Shown one piece after another: positions 6,004-8,584 of a DNA stretch of 8,584 nucleotides. A program made the position numbers and the translations under genes. The stretch's first letter is position 1. Each line of letters opens with the position of its first letter. This DNA comes from an uncultured archaeon (GTDB lineage Archaea; Iainarchaeota; Iainarchaeia; Iainarchaeales; CSSED10-239). The notes beneath the pieces were generated by a model that was not told the DNA's origin, made no database searches, and saw nothing but the letters and a program-made list of their open reading frames with translations. The stretch lies in NCBI GenBank assembly GCA_964496765.1, contig CAZCAP010000016.1, positions 1-8,584 on the forward strand, given 5' to 3'.

Positions 6004-7503
6004 TTATTTGGGTTTAACATAAATAGTTATGTTCTTCTTAATTTCAAGATATTCATCATCTCTATAGGGATGCTTATAGGTTATATTTAACACACACACT
6101 CTAGAGGAGTTAACTACATTGGGTCCTTCCAATAAATCAATTATCTTTACATTAACCAATGCTGTTTGATCAGCACCTGCAAGTATCTTCATTGTTTTAT
6201 AGGTGTCTGCAATATATACAAAATTATTACAATCTTCTCTTTCACTTCCGTTCTCAATAGCTATATCAACAACCTCTATATTTATTGGATTATTGTTAGT
6301 TAATTTTAGGTTAATGTATTCTTCAGTGGTTGTGTTTAGGTTTTCATCATAAACAAGATTAATTGTTTCCTTGTTTAATGTTCCTGTGAACTTAATAAGA
6401 GGTTCCTTTATTTCAATTTCAATTGAAAAGCTTTGATCTTCCTTAAATGAACTTGATCTAACATATAATGTTCCTGTAATTGTATCTGCTTTTGCACTAG
6501 TTGGAATTGTTACTCCTATTAGTTCATCCTTTGTTTCTTTCTTATCAACAGTTGTTTGATTTGCAGGAATATTAAACCAACTGGTTACGTCCTCATTATT
6601 TATTGAATTAATATCTATTGAATAGGTAACATCATTAATACTTATACTATTTTTTGAATTGTTTATTTTACACACAAAGTTCTTTGTGTCTCCGCTTGTG
6701 AGTGTGGTTTTCATGCTAGCTACTGTAACTGTTATTTCTGGTTCCTTAAGAACATTTGTGGTTACTGTTTTTTTATCAAGTTTATATTTAATGCTTACTC
6801 CAAGTGATTGCTTATCTCCAATCTTTGCGGTCTTGGGAAGCCTAAAGCTAATAATTACATTTTGCTTTGTTTGAGCATATATTTTAAACAAAGATTTATC
6901 AAGAACATTATTTGTAACATCAACTATTTGGAAATCATTAATATCTTTAATTATTCCTTCGAACTTAAGATCATCAAGATTATAATCTGTTGTTGGGCTT
7001 GTGTTTTCAAGAGCAAGATTAATTTGGAATTCCTGGCCAGCAAATATCTGTGCTGGCGCTGTAAGATCAGTTATTTTAAGTTTAATATTTTTTTCTAGAA
7101 CAACAACTTCACCAGGATTATCAGATTTTAAAGTGAAACTTCCTTTCTTTGAAGAATAATCCTTATTTTGTGCACTATACCAGTAGGTTCCTTTTTTTAA
7201 TTTAATTGGTTCACCTGCAGTTGTCTTATCTAAATCACCAAGCATGCTTTCATCCTTAGATATTAGGATGTTTGCAGAAATTCCTTTGCCCTCTGTGTTT
7301 TTAGTATCAAAGGTGATTGTTGCACTATTGAAAAATAAAAAGTATACTATTACACAAAGTATTCCAATAACAATAAGCCAAGTAATTGTGTTCTTAATAA
7401 GTTTACTATTGTTTCCTTTACTTCTATTTTCTGAATAACCAAATGGAGAGGAATCTCTATCTCTTCCTCCAGAACCTCCTCCAAAAGGATCATAATTACT
7501 CAT
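6004..7503 (-). CDS. Hypothetical N-terminally membrane-anchored (N-in/C-out) surface protein: Gly/Ser/Arg-rich cytoplasmic tail, one TM helix, a PEGA-like module and three beta-sandwich (CARDB/Ig-like) modules
   Basis: Long uninterrupted ORF of 499 aa. aa 1-39 are polar (MSNYDPFGGGSGGRDRDSSPFGYSENRSKGNNSKLIKN), with Lys/Arg just before the only hydrophobic helix (TITWLIVIGILCVIVYFLFF, nt ~7330-7386). aa ~61-137 resemble a PEGA or carboxypeptidase-regulatory-like module (PIKLKKGTYWYSAQNKDYSSKKGSFTLKSDNPGEVVVLE). The rest consists of beta-strand-patterned segments such as IKLKITDLTAPAQIFAGQEFQINLALENTS, typical of the first strands of CARDB-like domains. No catalytic motif recognised. The start overlaps the upstream stop as ATGA. 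Confidence 0.7.
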   Translation of the reverse strand: MSNYDPFGGGSGGRDRDSSPFGYSENRSKGNNSKLIKNTITWLIVIGILCVIVYFLFFNSATITFDTKNTEGKGISANILISKDESMLGDLDKTTAGEPIKLKKGTYWYSAQNKDYSSKKGSFTLKSDNPGEVVVLEKNIKLKITDLTAPAQIFAGQEFQINLALENTSPTTDYNLDDLKFEGIIKDINDFQIVDVTNNVLDKSLFKIYAQTKQNVIISFRLPKTAKIGDKQSLGVSIKYKLDKKTVTTNVLKEPEITVTVASMKTTLTSGDTKNFVCKINNSKNSISINDVTYSIDINSINNEDVTSWFNIPANQTTVDKKETKDELIGVTIPTSAKADTITGTLYVRSSSFKEDQSFSIEIEIKEPLIKFTGTLNKETINLVYDENLNTTTEEYINLKLTNNNPINIEVVDIAIENGSEREDCNNFVYIADTYKTMKILAGADQTALVNVKIIDLLEGPNVVNSSRVCVLNITYKHPYRDDEYLEIKKNITIYVKPK

Positions 7504-8363
7504 ATGTTTCCCTGTGTATTATTTTTTTTAAGTTCATGACTTGCTTTTGTTAATGCATACCTTGTTGTTAAAAGCTCGTCCTTAAGTTCTTTGATTAATT
7601 CAAGTGCAATTCTTTCCTTTTCAAGTTGAGAATTATCTAGATTTGTAATATCATTATTTAATTGCTTAATGTGCCTATAGATGTTTGCAAGCTCCTGCTC
7701 AAGATGAACTATGTGTATCTTAAGTAGAGTTTGATTTTGCTCAGTGACCTTGGTTTTAGAAATTAATTCAGATTCAAGGTTAGATATCTTAGATGCCACC
7801 ATTTTTTCTTTAGCTTCTAGCCATCTATATTCCTCAAGTTGTTTATTTAGGTTTAAAATCTTATTATCCTTCTGAGAAACAAGTGTCATTAGTTGTTCGC
7901 TTGATCTTTTTTGAGCACCAATGTCCACATACTTGTTTTCTATGATCTTTTTAGCACCTTCAAGGAATTGAATAAATATGTTTAATTCGTTTTTAACTTC
8001 CTCTTCAAGATCATAGTAGCCCTGTGGTCTTGTGATTGCTTCTTTTATATTTAGTAAATCATTAGTTATTTCTTTCTTGTGTAATTCAATAAATAAATGT
8101 TTGTTAACCTTGTTAGCTAACATTAGAAAGTTCTGATGGAATAGATCTAGTTTCTTTGGATTAAGCTCAGAAACATATTGGAGATTCATTCCTCTGTTTG
8201 CTTCTCCTATTTCTTTACTAATTTTTTCAAGTGCTTCTCTAAGTGCACCTAATGTTCGTATTATTTCTATTTTTTCAAGTGTGTGAAGAGGATTTGTTAT
8301 TATCCTATAGCACTCTCTTGTTTTTGATAATAGTAAATCAATTTTTGTATATATATCTTCCAT
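7500..8363 (-). CDS. Hypothetical cytoplasmic coiled-coil protein (helical N-domain plus a C-terminal coiled coil of about 130 aa)
   Basis: 287-aa ORF with no TM helix, no signal peptide and no Walker or other catalytic motif. The C-terminal half has heptad-like spacing of L/I/V amid E/K/Q/N (e.g. LNLNKQLEEYRWLEAKEKMVASKISNLESELISK..., LEQELANIYRHIKQLNNDITNLDNSQLEKERIALELIKELKDELL). ATG at 8361-8363. The stop TGA at 7500-7502 overlaps the next start. Confidence 0.7.
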   Translation of the reverse strand: MEDIYTKIDLLLSKTRECYRIITNPLHTLEKIEIIRTLGALREALEKISKEIGEANRGMNLQYVSELNPKKLDLFHQNFLMLANKVNKHLFIELHKKEITNDLLNIKEAITRPQGYYDLEEEVKNELNIFIQFLEGAKKIIENKYVDIGAQKRSSEQLMTLVSQKDNKILNLNKQLEEYRWLEAKEKMVASKISNLESELISKTKVTEQNQTLLKIHIVHLEQELANIYRHIKQLNNDITNLDNSQLEKERIALELIKELKDELLTTRYALTKASHELKKNNTQGNI

Positions 8364-8495
8364 TCTTAATCTTATTTTTTAATTTTATATATATTTTACT
8401 TAATATATAATATACTGTTACATTTAATAATTTTTGTATTTATAGTATATAATAGAGCTAAAGTTTATATTTATAAGTGTAAGAGGTTGGTTAAT
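8364..8495. promoter_or_regulatory. Divergent intergenic promoter region (coiled-coil operon on minus, rubrerythrin on plus)
   Basis: 132-nt, almost pure A+T spacer. ttttatatatatttta (8383-8398) is centred ~27 nt upstream of the minus-strand ATG at 8363. tttatatttataa (8464-8476) is centred ~26 nt upstream of the plus-strand ATG at 8496. Confidence 0.4.
8483..8487 (+). promoter_or_regulatory. Possible Shine-Dalgarno sequence (GAGGT) for rubrerythrin
   Basis: GAGGT lies 8 nt upstream of ATG 8496. It is the only clear SD-like motif before any gene in the window, and it conflicts with the leaderless geometry of the TATA-like box at 8464-8476. Confidence 0.35.
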
Positions 8496-8584
8496 ATGAA
8501 TGAAACTATAAAAAACTTAACAAAAGCATTTATTGGGGAATCAATGGCAAGGAATAGATATACTTTTTTTGCTAGGATTGCTCA
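8496..8584 (+). CDS. rbr: Rubrerythrin, N-terminal fragment (continues beyond the window)
   Basis: MNETIKNLTKAFIGESMARNRYTFFARIA aligns with the conserved rubrerythrin N-terminus (T-E-K-N-L-x-x-A-F-A-G-E-S-Q-A-R-N-R-Y-x-x-F), including the GES glutamate of the di-iron site helix. A GAGGT lies 8 nt upstream of the ATG. Confidence 0.75.
   Translation, partial: MNETIKNLTKAFIGESMARNRYTFFARIA

Noticed and set aside
6659-7438. Three plus-strand ORFs (6659-6874, 6808-7098, 7244-7438) inside the 499-aa surface protein gene
   Set aside because: All are antisense to one long uninterrupted 1.5-kb ORF. They overlap each other in different frames and translate to Phe/Leu/Ile-rich strings typical of the complement of Lys/Asn/Glu-rich coding sequence.
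3634-7502. Possibility of an alternative genetic code (UGA read as Gly or Trp, as in some CPR bacteria or Mycoplasma-like codes), given TGA stops at 3634-3636, 4146-4148 and 7500-7502
   Set aside because: Each TGA falls exactly at a natural domain or protein boundary, immediately at or next to the next gene's ATG (ATGA overlaps). All recognisable domains are complete without in-frame TGA. TAA and TAG stops are also used. Standard code 11 explains everything.
6004-8363. Interpreting the pair as a SlaA/SlaB-type S-layer system (SlaB has beta-sandwich domains plus a coiled-coil stalk)
   Set aside because: In SlaB the coiled coil is extracellular and in the same polypeptide, with a signal peptide and a C-terminal anchor. 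Here the coiled-coil protein has no signal peptide or TM segment, so it is predicted cytoplasmic. The anchored protein is N-terminally tethered and, at 499 aa, is small for a lattice-forming S-layer protein. The analogy is not supported by the sequence.
8418-8453. Bacterial sigma70-type promoter (TATAAT at 8448-8453 with TTGTAT at 8434-8439 or TTACAT at 8418-8423)
   Set aside because: The spacing between candidate -35 and -10 hexamers is 8 or 24 nt, not about 17. In a nearly pure A+T spacer such hexamers occur by chance. I do not consider this evidence for a bacterial promoter.
1-8584. Search for CRISPR arrays, tRNA or rRNA genes, IS elements or transposases, integrases, and long direct or inverted repeats
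   Set aside because: Coding sequence covers almost the whole window, and the only non-coding stretch longer than about 60 nt is 8364-8495. I saw no repeat-spacer periodicity, no cloverleaf-capable GC-rich segment, and no DDE, tyrosine or serine recombinase motif in any frame. The AT-rich near-repeats are low-complexity, not structured repeats.

Overview
Very AT-rich, tightly packed window. It looks prokaryotic, most likely from a small-genome archaeon (DPANN-like), because TATA-like boxes sit about 24-27 nt upstream of four start codons. A CPR-type bacterium cannot be excluded from sequence alone. Positions 1-5984 hold a surface-glycan assembly cluster: the 3' end of a Wzx/MOP-type flippase gene, three GT2 glycosyltransferases, one GT4 (GT-B) glycosyltransferase, a small class I SAM methyltransferase and an FkbM-family methyltransferase. 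Upstream on the same (minus) strand, and probably heading the same transcription unit, is a translationally coupled pair with no function I can assign. One is a 287-aa cytoplasmic coiled-coil protein (7500-8363). The other is a 499-aa N-terminally anchored surface protein with a Gly/Ser/Arg-rich cytoplasmic tail, a PEGA-like module and three beta-sandwich (CARDB/Ig-like) modules (6004-7503). This pair is the best candidate for something undescribed. The window ends with a divergent intergenic region and the 5' end of a rubrerythrin gene. Hand counts show the glycosyltransferase block left of ~5110 is clearly lower in G+C than the genes to its right, suggesting a mosaic or exchangeable glycan island. 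I found no tRNA or rRNA genes, CRISPR arrays, transposases or long repeats. All family assignments come from motifs read by eye, not from searches.
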